A stretch of DNA of 64,000 nt. Origin: Podarcis melisellensis. Its lineage: Eukaryota. The position numbers were made by a program, and so were the translations under genes. The stretch lies in assembly GCA_964234715.1 (NCBI GenBank), contig OZ174276.1. One strand, 5' to 3'. Positions 23,601 through 38,785 of the stretch are shown here, piece by piece. Within the stretch, counting starts at the first letter, position 1, and each line of letters begins with the position of its first letter. The notes under the pieces were generated by a model. That model ran no database searches, was not told where the DNA came from, and saw only the letters and a list, made by a program, of their open reading frames with translations.

Positions 23601-26600
23601 ATGACAGGTGATTGAACTGACCCGTTCGGCTTTTTTCCACCTGTATGGATATTTAGTAGAAGCCATCAACAGTGGAGCAGGCTTCCTTTTTCTCTCTGCC
23701 CTCCTGTATGCTCACACAAAATCAGATATCACCCTATAATTTTAAGAATATATTCAAAACCTGGTTTTATGAGGCCAAGGCTTCCAACGCATACCTCCTG
23801 TTCTAAGGACAAAATAACTTACCTATCCAATGAATTGCTCTGTAAAAACAAATTCTAGCTTTTAAGGTTAACTGGAAGACTTACCAACCACTCTGGTGTT
23901 ATAATAATCTGGCAGCATCCTCTCACACAGGGCCACAAGGAGCCAGAAAGCTTCTTCTTCATTACAGTACAGAAGCAGTACTGATGTCACAATGTTCATG
24001 GCCTGAGAGGAAGCGGGCATGCAAAAGGAGAATAATAATAATCCACACTAGGTGAGAAGCTTGTTTAGGGCAGCAATCATTTATATTTTAGTTTGTCAGA
24101 GCATAAGGCACAAATGATAAATGAGATACCTTGAATAAAATATTTTACAGCTCAGAACCACATCTTGGCTTCAAGTAACTAGTATTAGTGCTATTATTAG
24201 AAATAATGACATTTAGCAGGTGGAGTGGGAAATGAGGATGCTTCACCCCCCCCTTCCATAAAAGCTCCAGGAAATTCTACAGAGGGAAGACGGGGGCATT
24301 CCATCAGACTGGGAAGCCATCAGCCCTGGTTGTGCTCAACCTAGAGTGGTGCTTAGGACCATGCATGATAATTTTATTATTTATACCCCACCATCTGGCT
24401 GGGTTTCCCCAGCAACTGTGGGCGGCTTACAGACTACATAAAACATAATAAAGCATCAAAAATCAAAAAGTTCATGATATAGGGCTGCCTTCAGATGTCT
24501 TCTAAAAGGTATATACTTTATCTCATTGACATCTGTAGGGAGGGTGTTCCACAGGGAGGGCGCCACTACCAAGAAGCAACACAATACCCTCAGAGGAGGA
24601 TCTCAGTGTCTGGGCTGAACAATGGGGGTGGAGACGCTTCTTCAAGTATACTGGATCGAGGCTGTTTAGGGCTTTAAACTTTGAACTGTGCTTGGAAATG
24701 CACTGGGAGCCAATAAAGATCCTTTAGGTTATATGGTCCGAGCGGCCACTCCCGGTTACCAGTCTAGCTGCCGCATTCTGGATGAGCTGTAGTTTCCAGG
24801 TCATCTTCAAAGGTGTAGAGTGCATTACAGTAGTCCAAGTGGGAGATAACTAGAGCATGCACCACTCTGGCAAGACAGTCTGTGGGCAGATAGGGTCTCA
24901 GCCTGCATACCAGATGAAGCTGGTAGACAGCTGCCCTGGACACAGAATTGACCTGCGCCTCCATGGACAGCTGTGAGTCCAAAATGATTCCCAGGATGCA
25001 CACCTGGTCCTTCAGGGACACAGTTACTCCATTCAGGACCAGGGAGTCTCTCACACTACTGGCAGCATTAGTACTGATAGGTAGCTAGAGCTCCAATATG
25101 AAATTTAATTGGACTTGGATGTGAAGTGCCAAACTGCAAGCTAATCCTTGACCACCACTCTCTTACCTGGCAGTAGCCAATTGTGGGATTCCGAAAAGCA
25201 TATGCTGTCAGTACTCTTCGAAGTGCGGCAATCCCCAGCTCATTCTGGAAGGCAGGGTGCTCTGGCATTGATCGATGTAAGTCTCGTTCTATTTCTTCTG
25301 TAGCAAGGCTATACTTTCCCAGTGACTGTTCCACCAAGTCTGCATAATACCCAGGGTGAGTAGCCATCTCGTTCCAGGCTCCTGCAGTGACGCACACAAA
25401 AACTAGTCAGTTTCAATTCCTTGTGGTTGTGCTAGACCATGGACTAAATGCATGACATAATGCTGTTATATGTTTATTTAGGTATCATTTTTAAACTCAT
25501 GTCAGCTATCCTGCAATCCATGCATGTTATTTCTCCATTAATCTTTCAAGAGAAGAAAACTCAACATGGGCCACCACTGGTCAGGACAAATGCAAGGATG
25601 GGGAACAGCAGGTGCTGTCAGACTCCAGCTCCCTTCAGCTTCAGCCAACATTGTCATTGGTCAGCAATGATGGGAACTGCAGTCCAGCAACATCAGGAGG
25701 GTGAAGTGTTCCCCATCCCTGGACCACTGGAAGGAATTATAGATGATTCTTGAGGTCACTTCCAGCTTTGGGAACCCCTACATTGTAACAGTGGAAGTAG
25801 CCCACAAAGATTAACTGAAAAACTTCTATTCCCATTAAAAGGGAAACCTGTTGAGCATATAATGTCTCACCTGAAAATAGGAGCCATAGCTCTCCACGAA
25901 GATTCTCTGGAATCCCTTTTAGCACCAGTTCACGGGTCTTGGCTGTGCGATACATACACATTCCTCTCCCATACTCAAAAAAATGAATGTTCCATGATTC
26001 CTCTTTCATCGTCTCCTTTGCCTAAAGAAACCATTACTGTGATCACAATACTGGAAACTTCAGATGACCAAACCCTGGGATTTTCTTTCCACTCTTACAC
26101 AGCACACTTTGCTCTATAAATAATCTATTAACATCGATCTCTTATAGTAACTGGCAAAGATATTGTAATAGAAATGTGCAAGATGAAACAAGATATCAAA
26201 TAACTCCCCTCTCAACGGGCAGTTTTGTTTTGTTTTAAAAACAAAATAGGCACCAAGGCAGCGCATCTCACAGACTATCTGCTTTAATATACACTCAGCA
26301 AAATTAAGTTGGGACTCAATCTCTAGCATAGTTATATGGCATATTATTGCTGTGTTCAGAGAGTAGCATTTTTGGATACCTAAGGATTAGTACAGACATG
26401 CCTGAATGGAATATTAGCATTCAGAAGACAAAATAATATGATCAACCCAATTACTTTCTCACATATCTACTTTTATAATACAAGGCAATGCATCATCACC
26501 CCAATGTAGTGCCCCAACAGACGTTTTATGGAACACAAGCACTAGGAACCAACTTTTGCCATTGGCTTCCAGGCCCAATGCAAGATGTTGGTCTTAAGCT

Positions 26601-29600
26601 AAAAAGTATTAAAAAACCTATCCATGTGAATCCATGTGAATCCTGAAGGTCACTAAGCGGGGTCTTGCTTAAGATTTCCCTCCTTGGGGGACATGCCTTG
26701 GTTTTTTTGTGCCTGGTCTTTCTTCTTTCAAATTTATTGCCAAAGGCCATAAGGTTGAGCCATCCGAAGTTGAGAAAAATAGGTACAGCTTTTGTTAAAA
26801 AATATTACCCATGTCTTTAATGCATAGATGAACAACTTTTGAATTCTTTTTTGCAAATTAAATCTGACTGACCCCCCCTCAATAAATATGGTTTTATAAA
26901 GGATTTTATTGTACTAGTTTTAGAACTATTGACACCCCCCTCCCCCAATAAAAGAGTTGGTGACTTACCCCTTTTGGTCCAACGAGCTCCTCAGTGTTGT
27001 TCCCGAACAGTTTAAGCAGTCCCTGGGATGCTGTTGGTACTTCATCTGTGCAAAAATTGGCCAGCTGATTGTTCAGAGGTGAGACAGGGCTGGCTGCAAG
27101 TGGGCTGCTGGGAGACAGCTCTGAAATTTCCTTTAAAATGTACAAACTGAAAATTATAAAGGAACAAACAGGCTTCCATTGCAATTTAAATGGCATTTAG
27201 TGTGACTAAAAGGTGTTCCAAGGCTTTATAATATAGGTACATTAGAGACCACTGTTAGTGAATTTCAATTCATCTTTTTTGATTCTTCACTGAGGTGGCC
27301 ATCTATGATGTACAGGAAGGTCACTAACAACAAGGGACACGGGTGGCACTGTGGGTTAAACCACAGAGCCTAGGACTTGCCGATCAGGTTGGCGGTTCAA
27401 ATCCCTGCAATGGGGTGAGCTCCCGTTGCTCGGTCCCTGCTCATGCCAACCTAGCAGTTTGAAAGCACGTCAAAGTGCAAGTAAATAAATAGGTACCGCT
27501 CCGGCGGGAAGGCAAACAGCGTTTCCGTGCGCTGCTCTGGTTCGCCAGAAGTGGTTTAGTCATGCTGGCCACATGACCCGGAAGCTGTACGCCGGCTCCC
27601 TCAGCCAATAAAGTGAGATGAGCGCCGCAACCCCAGAGTCACGATTGGACCTAATGGTCAGGGGTTCCTTTACCTTTACCTATACCTGTTAGGAAGCTTT
27701 GGCCCCTGTCTAAATCATTAGTGGGAAGTGCCCAGCTAATTTTTTAGAAACCAAATATACTGTGATTTTAAAATGGATAGTGCAATTCGTGAATTTGGAT
27801 CTGTTACGGCAAATATCAGGTGAAGTGAAATCAAAAGTCACGTTTTGGTCCACCATCTTGATTCAAAATGGCACCTGGCACCCAAACATCAACATAGAAC
27901 CCCACCCCAAGAACCCTATTGCTGAGCTTGATGACCGTATCTCAAGAGGTGGTTGAAACTGTCAAAAAATGGACAAAGCCACACCAAAGTGACATTTCAG
28001 TCTGCCATCTTGTTTCAAAATGGCACCCGGTGTCCAAATGGCAATGAAGTCTGCTGCCCCACCTTTGGTACCCTTGTGCCAACTTTGTTGATGATATATT
28101 GAAAGGCAGCCAAACCTATGCCAAAAAACAAAGTCACGCTCATGTCACGTTTTGGTTCACATGTTGATTCAAAATGGCAGCCCGCATACTAACACTGATG
28201 AATGGCACCCCCACCCTGGAAACCCTGGTGCCAAATTTGGTGACTTCTCAAGAGATGGCCAGATGTCAAGAGAACAAATGGACAAACCACTTTCCCAAAT
28301 ATATAGATGTGTTTGCAAACGTTTATGTCTCAGCATACAGCACATTATTATGCATATGCCTCAAAAAGGCAGTATGTGAAGCAGCGCTGAGTGGTAATGA
28401 CCAATAAGCTTACCACTACAACAACAGTCAGATGGAGCCTGATGATACTGACCAACAGGCTTATCAACGCTCGATGAGATGCCCAAATTATTGATCAGCA
28501 TTATGAATATAAAGTGCTGTTCTGTTCCACCATCTCAACCAATATGAAGTATCACTGAGTAAGTCTACCAATCAGTGACGGTGGGAACAGTGACCAGCTC
28601 GTTTTACATTTTCTCTAGCCTGTTGGTCCTGGATGCTTAAAAAAAAAAAGTTCAGCCAGCTTTCACCAATATGCAGATTTACACCCCTCATATGTGTTCC
28701 TCTACTCACTTGCTTCTGAAGTTCATCTTTCTTTATGCCTCCCGACACCGAAGCCATCACACAACACTATTCATTAACTGAGTCCTCATCCCTGTCATTT
28801 GGTTCACTACTATGAAGTGGAATGACACTGAATTATGAGCCCATTAGCCCATGTGGAAAACCAACACTGACGACGTTGCTCCTAAAGAATTTAGCCAGAG
28901 TTCTCAGCCACTTTCCCCTTTGCTCAGCATCTGAGGCAGTCAAGTGCTGCCTAATCTGCTTTCCCTTAAGACTAGCATGGTATGATGCATCATTTTTCTC
29001 TGATAAAAGCAGAACATGCTGGATAGAATCCAGGGCACTTAGGCAGCTCACTCAGTGTGTAGCTCTGAGCAAACAGCACTGAACTGAGCTAAGAAGCAAC
29101 CATTAAGCATACCATCTCATGAACCAAGTATATGAGGAAGGGTGGAACCATTAAACAAAATGGAACAGAAGACCAATAATTTATACACACCTACACCACC
29201 AGACACATCCAGGATCGACAGGATGAACTGGCCACCTAACTTGTGCATTCACAGCCAAATCAACACACATGCCACACAAGCTATGGTGTACATTTTCCTC
29301 CCCTACAGGGAGATTATCTCAGGTAAGAAAATCATTAATGACAAACACAATAAGTCACTTTATACCAGCTCAAACTATCTGTCCCTCTAGCCCCTGTTTT
29401 ACTTTAATAATGCTAGCATCTCTTGATGATTTTTGGTAGGCATCGTGCTTTGGGGGAAGCTGCTTCCATTTTCCCCAGAACTACCTGATGGCCAAACAGA
29501 GGCATCTCTGTTAGTTGTGTGCAAAAGGGGTCAGATGTAGTTAGGCATCTACTTATCTTCATTGCCTATGATAGGTAAGTATTTTGATATAAGTCTATCT

Positions 29601-32600
29601 CTTAACAGAAGAAAGGAGGACAGCTAGGGTATGCTACTGTTGACTCCCTCTATTGGACTTGCACATGCCCTTACATGGCATAGTCACATGAAGAGTGAAA
29701 CTTTATACATCAAGACATGAAGAGGTATATTAAACTAACAGTGAGACAGGGCACCTCGAGAAAACCTTCAGCATGCAAACACCTGCTCTATCACTAAGTC
29801 ATGATCTCAACTTCCCTTAGTCAGAGTTCCCAACCACTTTCTTCCTAATTCTCACATCTGAGGCAGTCAGTGCTGCCTCATCCATTTTCCCTTAGACTAA
29901 TATAAAACTCTATTTCATCTCAATATTGAGAATATAGGTCATATCTGACTGAATAAGTAGATAATTTCCCAAATCTTTGGATAAAGTTAAAAAACACACC
30001 CAGTGTCCTTTCCACTGTGGGTCACTGGCCACAACTCTAAGCCATTTTCCCTTTCCATCAAATGGAAATGAAACAGATGGCTTAGCCTTATGTCCAAACA
30101 AACTACAAGTACTGGTTCAGAAGTAACACTAAACCATCTACTTTGTGGTTTGATTTCCTGTCGCTAAAGGTAGGAGTTTAGTGGAAGAGCTCAAGTTGAA
30201 TGCAAAAACTAATTTGCTTAACTATGGGCTATGGTTTAGTAATGCACCTAAACATGGCCACTGTAAGCAAATGAAGCACCAGGGTTCAAGCATCTAGCTT
30301 TACAAAGAGGGGCTATCTGAAGAGACCACATGTCAAAACATATTTGAAATTTGCCATGACCATGAAGCAGGGGCTTTTCAATGCTCAGTTCTCATACCTC
30401 GTGTGCATTGTCACCACAGCTCTTCTTCCGCCCTCCTCCATTGTTACACGATTGCTTGGACGGAGTTTTCTGCAGAAAGTCAGAGATTCTCTGCACCAGG
30501 AAATCACGGTCTTTCAGGTTAGCAAAAAGGAAGGTCATTTTGCTTTTGGTACTGATGGACAGTGGGCTAGGCAATACACTGGAACTGTCAGCTTTTTCAA
30601 CAATTGTGACCTAGAGAACATACATGGGGATCATTTGGGTGTATCAGGCTCCTTTGTATTAACATAACTTCTAAATTTAACTTTTAATAGATTATTCACA
30701 ACTATGTCAGTTATCTTACTAGTAACTCCATAATTGACACATATGGAGGTGAATGCTGTCAAGATATTCCTGAAGACACTGAGTTTTTTTCTGTACAGGT
30801 AGATGCCACAGTGCATGTGAAACATAGAAAACTGAAATGCTGCAAGAAGTGTGATAAAGAAAGGCTATTCTACTTAAGTTCTACAATTCTGAAACACCTG
30901 CTTTATTTCAGACGGTTCTCACGCTAAACCAGATAATGGTTTGGTTCTTTGACTCTAGAAGCTGCTCTGACAAAAGTGGAGAGGGAGCCCTTGGACTCTT
31001 GTTGACTCTGTTATGTATATAAAACTGCTTCTTCAAACAGTGGCCACAGAATTCCTATCAGCTCCCAACTCAAAATATAGCCGCAACTGAAAAATATAAC
31101 TGGATTTTGTCGCCATCAGCCTAGAAAATTATTTAACCAACAGGCCAATCTACTAACACTCAAAAACAAACCTTCAAATATTTCCTGAAAAAATTGAATA
31201 AGCATGTAACTAAGTAACAATGAGATACTAAGACAATTCATCCTTAAGAAACAGTGTCTCACCTCCCTGAGTGGTATTATGAGATGGCAAGCCTCCTCTG
31301 CCTTGCTAGCAAAACAAATATAGTTGTTGGAAACAAACATCTGTCCAGGAATGTGAATTTTGTTGAATGGGGTCCACAAAGTACAATCTGTATGCCCATC
31401 AAGACGTTCATCCTTTGGAAGTCGAAATGAAGCACGGTACCATTCATTTTTGGCTCGAGCATCCAAATCTCTGAAGATGATAATACACACCAGATACTAA
31501 GTGGGAAAATAATACATTCCACTATCCAACCATTACAGGAAATGCCCCTTTTCAATGCAGCTTACTCAAGATTCTATTTCCATCCAACACAAAGTTAGGC
31601 CTGAGTAATGAGAGGCAAAAATTCCTAGTGATGATAAATACTTTTCATCCCCATAATCATTTGGTTGCCCTTTTCTTAACTTTTTCCAGCTCTATAATAT
31701 CTTTTGTGGGGAGAAGAACCAGTGCATTGCTGCACAACACCCTGACATTTTATGAGATGGTGGTTTACAATTATTTCTATACAGAAATTAATACATAAAT
31801 TGTGAAAAAATGCAGGTGATGACAAAAATAATGCTCAAATAAAAGGAAAATACATTTTGTCAACTTCAGTGTCAAAGATGGTGGATCTAGTCCAACAAAA
31901 GTTCAGTACCTACAAGGGATCCCCATAGAGTATAATAGAACCTTTTTCTCCCCTACTTCTGTGTACATACAGACACTCAGCACCCCAAACTGCTATAGAG
32001 AATGGGAGGTCTAGTCATGCCTCTAACTTCCCATCCAGCCCTCCCAGCACTACCTGAACAGAGGAATGGATGGGGAGATGCACAAAAACACCCATTCCCC
32101 ATAATGGCCTAGTCTACTGAGATCTTATGAAACTACATACTAGAGTGGTTGAGATGAGGAGGAACACAGCCCTATGATGGATTAGTGCAAGCCCATAGTA
32201 TACAATCAGAAAACTAATATCCTTCCATTGGAATGACACCAAGAGAACAACTTCACAAATATTAATTTTTCTACAGTCCATTTTCCATGTCCAGTACAAC
32301 TTCCAAGTTAAAGGTTCCTGAATCACTTAGTAGGTTCAAGAAATGTAAATAGGATCCATGGGAAGGGGCTGAGAGCTGTCCAATATAAAATCTAAACCCT
32401 GATTTCTGGAAAACTTAATCCACATTTATGTTTCTGTGATTTCCAGACACAATGATACAATCCAGTCCAGGAACATATTTAACTATTCTTAAAATGATTC
32501 CTTGTGCCAAGGTGTGTGTGAGTGTAGCAGGAGAGGGAGGGAGATGGACAGACAGACAGACAGACATACCTTTTGAGTGCTGAAATATTTTTGAGAGGCT

Positions 32601-35600
32601 TGCTGGGCTTAGGAAGCAACATGTCCTCCACATACCCTTTATTATCAAATAGTTGCCGCATGGCAATGTTAGCCAGCTGTTCCATTAACTTGAAGGTCTC
32701 GTTGATGTTGAGGAACATAGAGAAGTAGAGCTCACTGTCCCTGGTACTCACTTTGATGCATTCAGGGAATAGAAGGGTGGCATTCTTCTCCAGCTGGGTT
32801 ACATCTACCCACTGGACTATTAAGGTCACTAGGGAAACATGCAAACGCAAAGCAACAATTACTATCAGATTTCTAACAGACATTTTAAACAAATTAGAAC
32901 ACAACAGATTTGAAGCCTATCTGTTTTTCTTTTTTTAATTATAAATTGGCTCAGTGAAGTACTTAAGCAGAAAGAAAACAGATTGGGAAGGAAGCCCTGC
33001 AAAATATTTTAAAATGTTGTTCAAATAATATTTGGGGGCTGCAGCATGGATGTAGGGCTGCTGATTGCTTAAATATCACTAAAAACAACAACAACAGCAA
33101 CAACAACAACAACAACAACAACAGGAGTGCAACCTCCCCTCCCTTCTGGAGTACCAATTTCTTCCACTGCCCCAACTGGGCCTCACTATTAAGACAATAT
33201 GGATGTACAACCAGATATGAAACCACCTTTAAAAAGGGCAGTTAGAAGTGCTGGACAAAAAAAACATTAAGCAGCTGACCACTTACCTTCTTTGCCTAAA
33301 AGGAAAGAATAGAAACAGAGGTGATTAACAGTCAGATACAGCCAGCCTTGCCTAGGGACACGTCCTTTCCAATAGCTGCAGGAATAGTAATTCACTAGTT
33401 TCTCTACTTCAGGCATTCCGAACTGTTTACGCATCTTCATTTCAGCTTCTTTAAATTTACCAGGATCTTCTTCCCCCTGAGGCTGTTGATTCTTATTTTC
33501 TTCAGCAATAATGCCCTGCAGGAAGGAGTAGCAAAAGTAGCAGATGAAAATATAATGGCCTCTAAAATTCTTTGTTGCATTATTTATTTGCTATGCACAG
33601 CTGACAACCACTTGAGGTTATGCTTCTGGGTGAATATAATACAATTTCCAAACACTCAAAGTTTAATGTCTGTCATTGGGTGGCATCTGGAGGGCCAGGG
33701 GTTCTTCGCGCCTGATCGAAAGAATGAAAATACAGTGGTGCCCCGCAAGATGAATGCCTCGCAAGACGAAAAACCCGCTAGACGAAAGGGTTTTCTGTTT
33801 TTCAATGCGCTTCGCAAGACAAATTTCCCTATGGGCTTGCTTCGCAAGATGAAAACGTCTTGCGAGTCTTGCGATTTTTTCCACTCCCCCCCCTTTTCTA
33901 AGCCGCTAAGAGCCTTTTAGCCACTAAGCCGCTAAGCCTTTAATAGCCGCTAAGCTGCTAAACCGCTAATAGCGCTAATCCGCTAAGCGGGTTGCTTCGC
34001 AAGACGAAAAAACCGCTAGACAAAGAGACTCGCGGAACGGATTATTTTTGTCTTGCGAGGCACCACTGTATATATATATCTGCACTGTACTCTGAAATAT
34101 GTGATAGCTCATCCACAACTACTATGCTTGTTGAGTGGTTGTGCCAATGCACATGTGCATACTGAATACTGCCAGTAACATTTGTGACAAGGCCTCCAAC
34201 GTTGTGTGAACTTCCTTCAAAAGTTGTTTATGTTTATTTGTTTTACGCTGACTGCATGCAAAGTTTTAAATCAGGGCTGGCTGAAAGCATGGTGCTCTTT
34301 GAGACACTGCCTCTTCCACCAGTACGTTGAGCCCCATTGCTGCCAAAGGCTCCCCATGTGTGACCTAGCGAGTGCCTGTGCCGTCATTGCGCAAAAGCTT
34401 CTTAAGAATTTCAGTGCAGTAAAGTTTAACACTTTTAAAGTAGCACCCTCTGGGGCCGCAATGTCTCACTAAGAGAAAGGGCTCACCATGTCTAATGAGA
34501 GCACTGGTTTAAGCCTCAAGTGCCAAATCTACTGTAAAGAAATCATGCAGGCAGTGAAGGCGTACAACTGCAATGGAAGGCAGAAAAAATACTTCCAGAG
34601 GGACAGTAGCAACAGCGTATATATCCTTGCCGAAGCAAGGATAGATGAAAATATATGGAAGTCTGTTCAAACTGAACCTTGGCTCAAGCACAATCATAGT
34701 GTTGATCTTTAACTATATGGTAGAATGTTAAACTAGCCAGCCTATTTTATTGTTCCAGGTGAAATGAAAACACTCTAGATAGCTGGCTCTTCAGCTCTTT
34801 CATCCCTTCCTCATAGCATATGGCAAATATTTGTCCTACATTCAGCTTTATGTAGCAATTCACAGCCTGCAGTTCTTATGGATTGCCATTCTGTTGTTAA
34901 AAAACTGGAAAGGTTCCATGACAAATAGGTGCCACTTACATGTATCTTGCCCTTGACAAAGGTAGTGATATCTTCTTCATTGTCAAAGATAGAAAGTGTC
35001 TGAAGCAGGTTATTTTCTAGCCATTCCCAGTGTTTTGTTATTTCCTTACGTGATGAACCTAAGGAGAAATTCGGAAACAATCAGATAAGAGCTACTATAA
35101 GGAGCAAGTCGATAGTTAGGGGGTTCTCTTGGATCCACTACTATCACTGGGGACAGAAGTGGTTCCAGTAGCATGGAGTGCCTTCTATCAGCTTTTGGCT
35201 TGGCGGTCTAGCTATGTTCCTTCCATGGAAAGGGATAATCCAGTGTCAGTAATCTGTAATCTAGAAACCTCTAGATTAGATTACTGCAATGTGGTGTATG
35301 TGGGGCTGCCTCTGACGATGGCTAGGAAACTGCAGCTGGTGCATAATGCAGCAGCGAGGCTGCTGGTGGACATATAGCTATCTCACCACATCACCAGTTC
35401 TGGCAAAATGACAGTGGCTATGTATATTTTCTGAAGCTCAATTCAAAGTGCTGGTTTTAACATACAAAGCCATATACAGGTCAAGACACCAATATGTAAC
35501 GGAACACATCTCCTGATTGGAACACGCATACTGCATCCGAGGCTTTTCTCCAGGTGCTCTCTATGAGAAAGGTTCAGTGAGCATTTCAATTACAGTACTG

Positions 35601-38600
35601 TACCCTCCCTCCAATTTATTGAATACTCTCTTCTGCAAAGCCTGCCTGGCACCAGCATCAACATCAACATCCTTTTAGCACCAGGATCAGATGTACTCTT
35701 CTCCCAGGTTTTTTCAAGGATTATGGTAATCATGCTTCCTGCTGGTTCTCTGTCTGTATTTTTGGGGTGAGGTGGGAGGTGTTGTTCTTTTATGGTTTAA
35801 CTGTAACTTCGCCACTTAAAAGCAAACTTTCACCTATTCCTTATATTAAATACTTTCTACTACTGGTTAAATTAGATAGCCAGTATTTACTTAATATACC
35901 TCTGCTAGCTCCCTGCCAGCGTACCCTCTACTTCACACAAATTTGCTTGCTATCAGCCAATTGGTTTTGAACAGATCCTGGACAATCAGGTTTTTTTTTC
36001 TACTCCACCTGATACAATTATAGAATATTGGATTAAAACTTTGAGTAAAATGGCCATAATGCAGATGTGCAACCATGGTCCACATGTACAATCAAATTTT
36101 TCTAAACTTTTCAGAATGTGCCTCTGAAGAGCACTTGAACTGCTCAAAAATCCTTTTGAGGATATTGTAGATAAAGAGCATTTAAAAGCTGGCTGTGGGG
36201 GACAGCAATCATACACTGACAGATTTTTTTTGTTATAGAATGGTATTTACTCACCACATGCCACTGCCCAATAGATTTGAGAATCCTGTGTCTGATGTAA
36301 AATTCTGTAAGGAGCAACCCTAGCACTTGAGTCCAAAACCACATCCAAGGTTCCCACAAGCAGCCCTAAGAAGACCAAGATGCAGAGAGAAACATAATGA
36401 ATATGATCTGAGCAAATGAGAGAGTGAAATAAATGGTGAGATGATTTAAAATAAAGTGTTTATTGATACAAAAGTTTATAAAGGATGTGAGATCCCAAGA
36501 AGGGTCTACTGAATCAGACAAAAGGCCCATCTAGTCCAACATTCTTCTTAAGAGTGCCTAAGCAGATGCCCAAGGGAAGCCCGCAAACAGGACCTAAGCA
36601 CTACAGCATTCATCCCACCTGCCATGAACGGCAACTGATATTCAGGGCATACTGTCTTCAACAGTTTCACTGGATGTCTCTGAGTTCCAGTATTATGAGG
36701 GAGGAATAAAAAAACTCTGTGTTCACCTTCTCTACACCATGCATAATTTTATACACCCCTATCATGCTGCCTTTTCTCTGAACCGAAGTCCCAAATGTTG
36801 CAACCTTTCTTCTTAGGGAGTTGTTCCATCATCCCCATAGTCATCTTAGGTTGCTTAAGCAACCCCACTTTAAAAAAACAAAAACCCACAGATAAAGCAA
36901 CTGTCTGAAATGCTTGGTTCAGACACAATGCTAAACCCTGCCCCTTGTGCATGGGAAATTCCACTTTCTTTTTGGGGTTGTGACAAATCATAGTTTCCTA
37001 GTTGTCCAAACTATAGTTTGTGCTTTCCCGTCAAACAAAAACTGGGAATAACAAAGGTCAATCCATGGTTTCCAATCCTGATCTGAATGGCAAGCACAAA
37101 CCACACTTTGCACATTAAGGAGAGACTGAGGTTTCACAAACATTTAAAAAGCAGAGTCACTAAAACAATGCATTCTTAACAGGGAAAGGAACACCGTGAG
37201 GCACAACAGCTGAAGGAGAACTGATGTTTATACAACATCAAAACTGGGTTTAATGCAGTATTACAATAGCATACTTGAAGCTTCTTCGGAAATGCCTTCA
37301 GAATGCTGTAAGCGGTAATGTTATTTACTATTTTACACAGTGTTAGGCCTGTTGCACATTTTCTGAGTGGAGAAAGACTAGAGAGAACTATGTGATAGTG
37401 AGTGGGTGCAGAATTATACTGACAGTATATCATTGCCAATGAAATATTGAAGGAAGTTAAGCTAATGCATTAGCTTTCCAATTGGCACTGTGTACCTGAA
37501 AAGAAGTTGTAGTCTCCAAAAGCAGCTGAGAATGTCCTCTTAAATATACTTTGTATATACCACGTCCAAACAACAGAGACGTGCATGTAGGGAGGCACTC
37601 TCAGTGATGCATCCCTTTAGAACTAGAACTCTCTTCCTTTAGGGATTTACTAATTTCATATCCTGAGTTATCTTCCATAAATGATGCAGGGCATTCCTAT
37701 TTGTGTCATTTAGTTGTGGGGAGGGGCAAGACAACAAATAACTGCTTGTTTTTCCAAGACGATAAAACTAAGTTTTTACAAAGTATGCAAGATCTGTATA
37801 TTTAATCTATGATTATTTTATATAATTAAGATTTGTTGAGGATCATTAGAAGTTATTTTCAATATGGTAAAATATAAATTTATTAATTTATAAAGATGCT
37901 CAGGCCACCCCAAAAGTTTAAACTTGACACAAACAATCTAAAAAAATTGAGTAGCTTACATTTCAAGGCCATTTCTGTTCCAATTTTCTCTTTCAGTCTC
38001 TCTCACACACCCTACCCAAATGATACCATGCATCTGGTTAAGTACACAAAAGCTTATGCCACAAGAAATCACATACAGATGCAACAATAGACTTTTATGT
38101 TTTTACTGGAACATGACAACCTTATACGTGTAATTCAAAATGTTCACAGTATTGCTAGACCACCCACAAAGCTGAAATCTGGTGCATGTGTAGTCCAAGG
38201 TACAATTCTTCCTAGATAGCATGTCCAAACTCTGGACATGATATTTACTTCATAATAGAGGCCATTCTCTGTGCATTCCAGCACAGAGCAAGCCAAGGTA
38301 TACCTGTGGCAGAATGCTGGGCTACAGGAGTTCTGTTGTGTTGTCCAGCTTGGGGAGGGGCAACTTTCAGTAACAGCCAAGAATATGTACATAAACTTAC
38401 GGAATGCAAGTTTCATTTGCTTGTAAAATAAACAAAGAATGCCAATGCATAAACCAGTGGTTTAAATTTGGCAACAAATACAAACCTGGCTGTGATAAGC
38501 TCCAAGCACGAGGTCCGGAAGAGCAGGGTGTTGTTGTTGTTTTAAATGTGTTTGCAATTTTACAAAGAAAAAGAAAAGTCCCTTTACACTGTAGATGCTG

Positions 38601-38740
38601 ACTGCATATGGAATACTCTCCAATTTCTTAACTATGGTTAAGAGATTCAAGGCATTCCACAAGCTTTCTTTCTTTCATTCCAGAATATATTAAAATTTTA
38701 ACAAAATGACATGGACACTGAGGAGGGAAGACTTTTGTTG

Positions 38741-38785
<45 letters not shown>

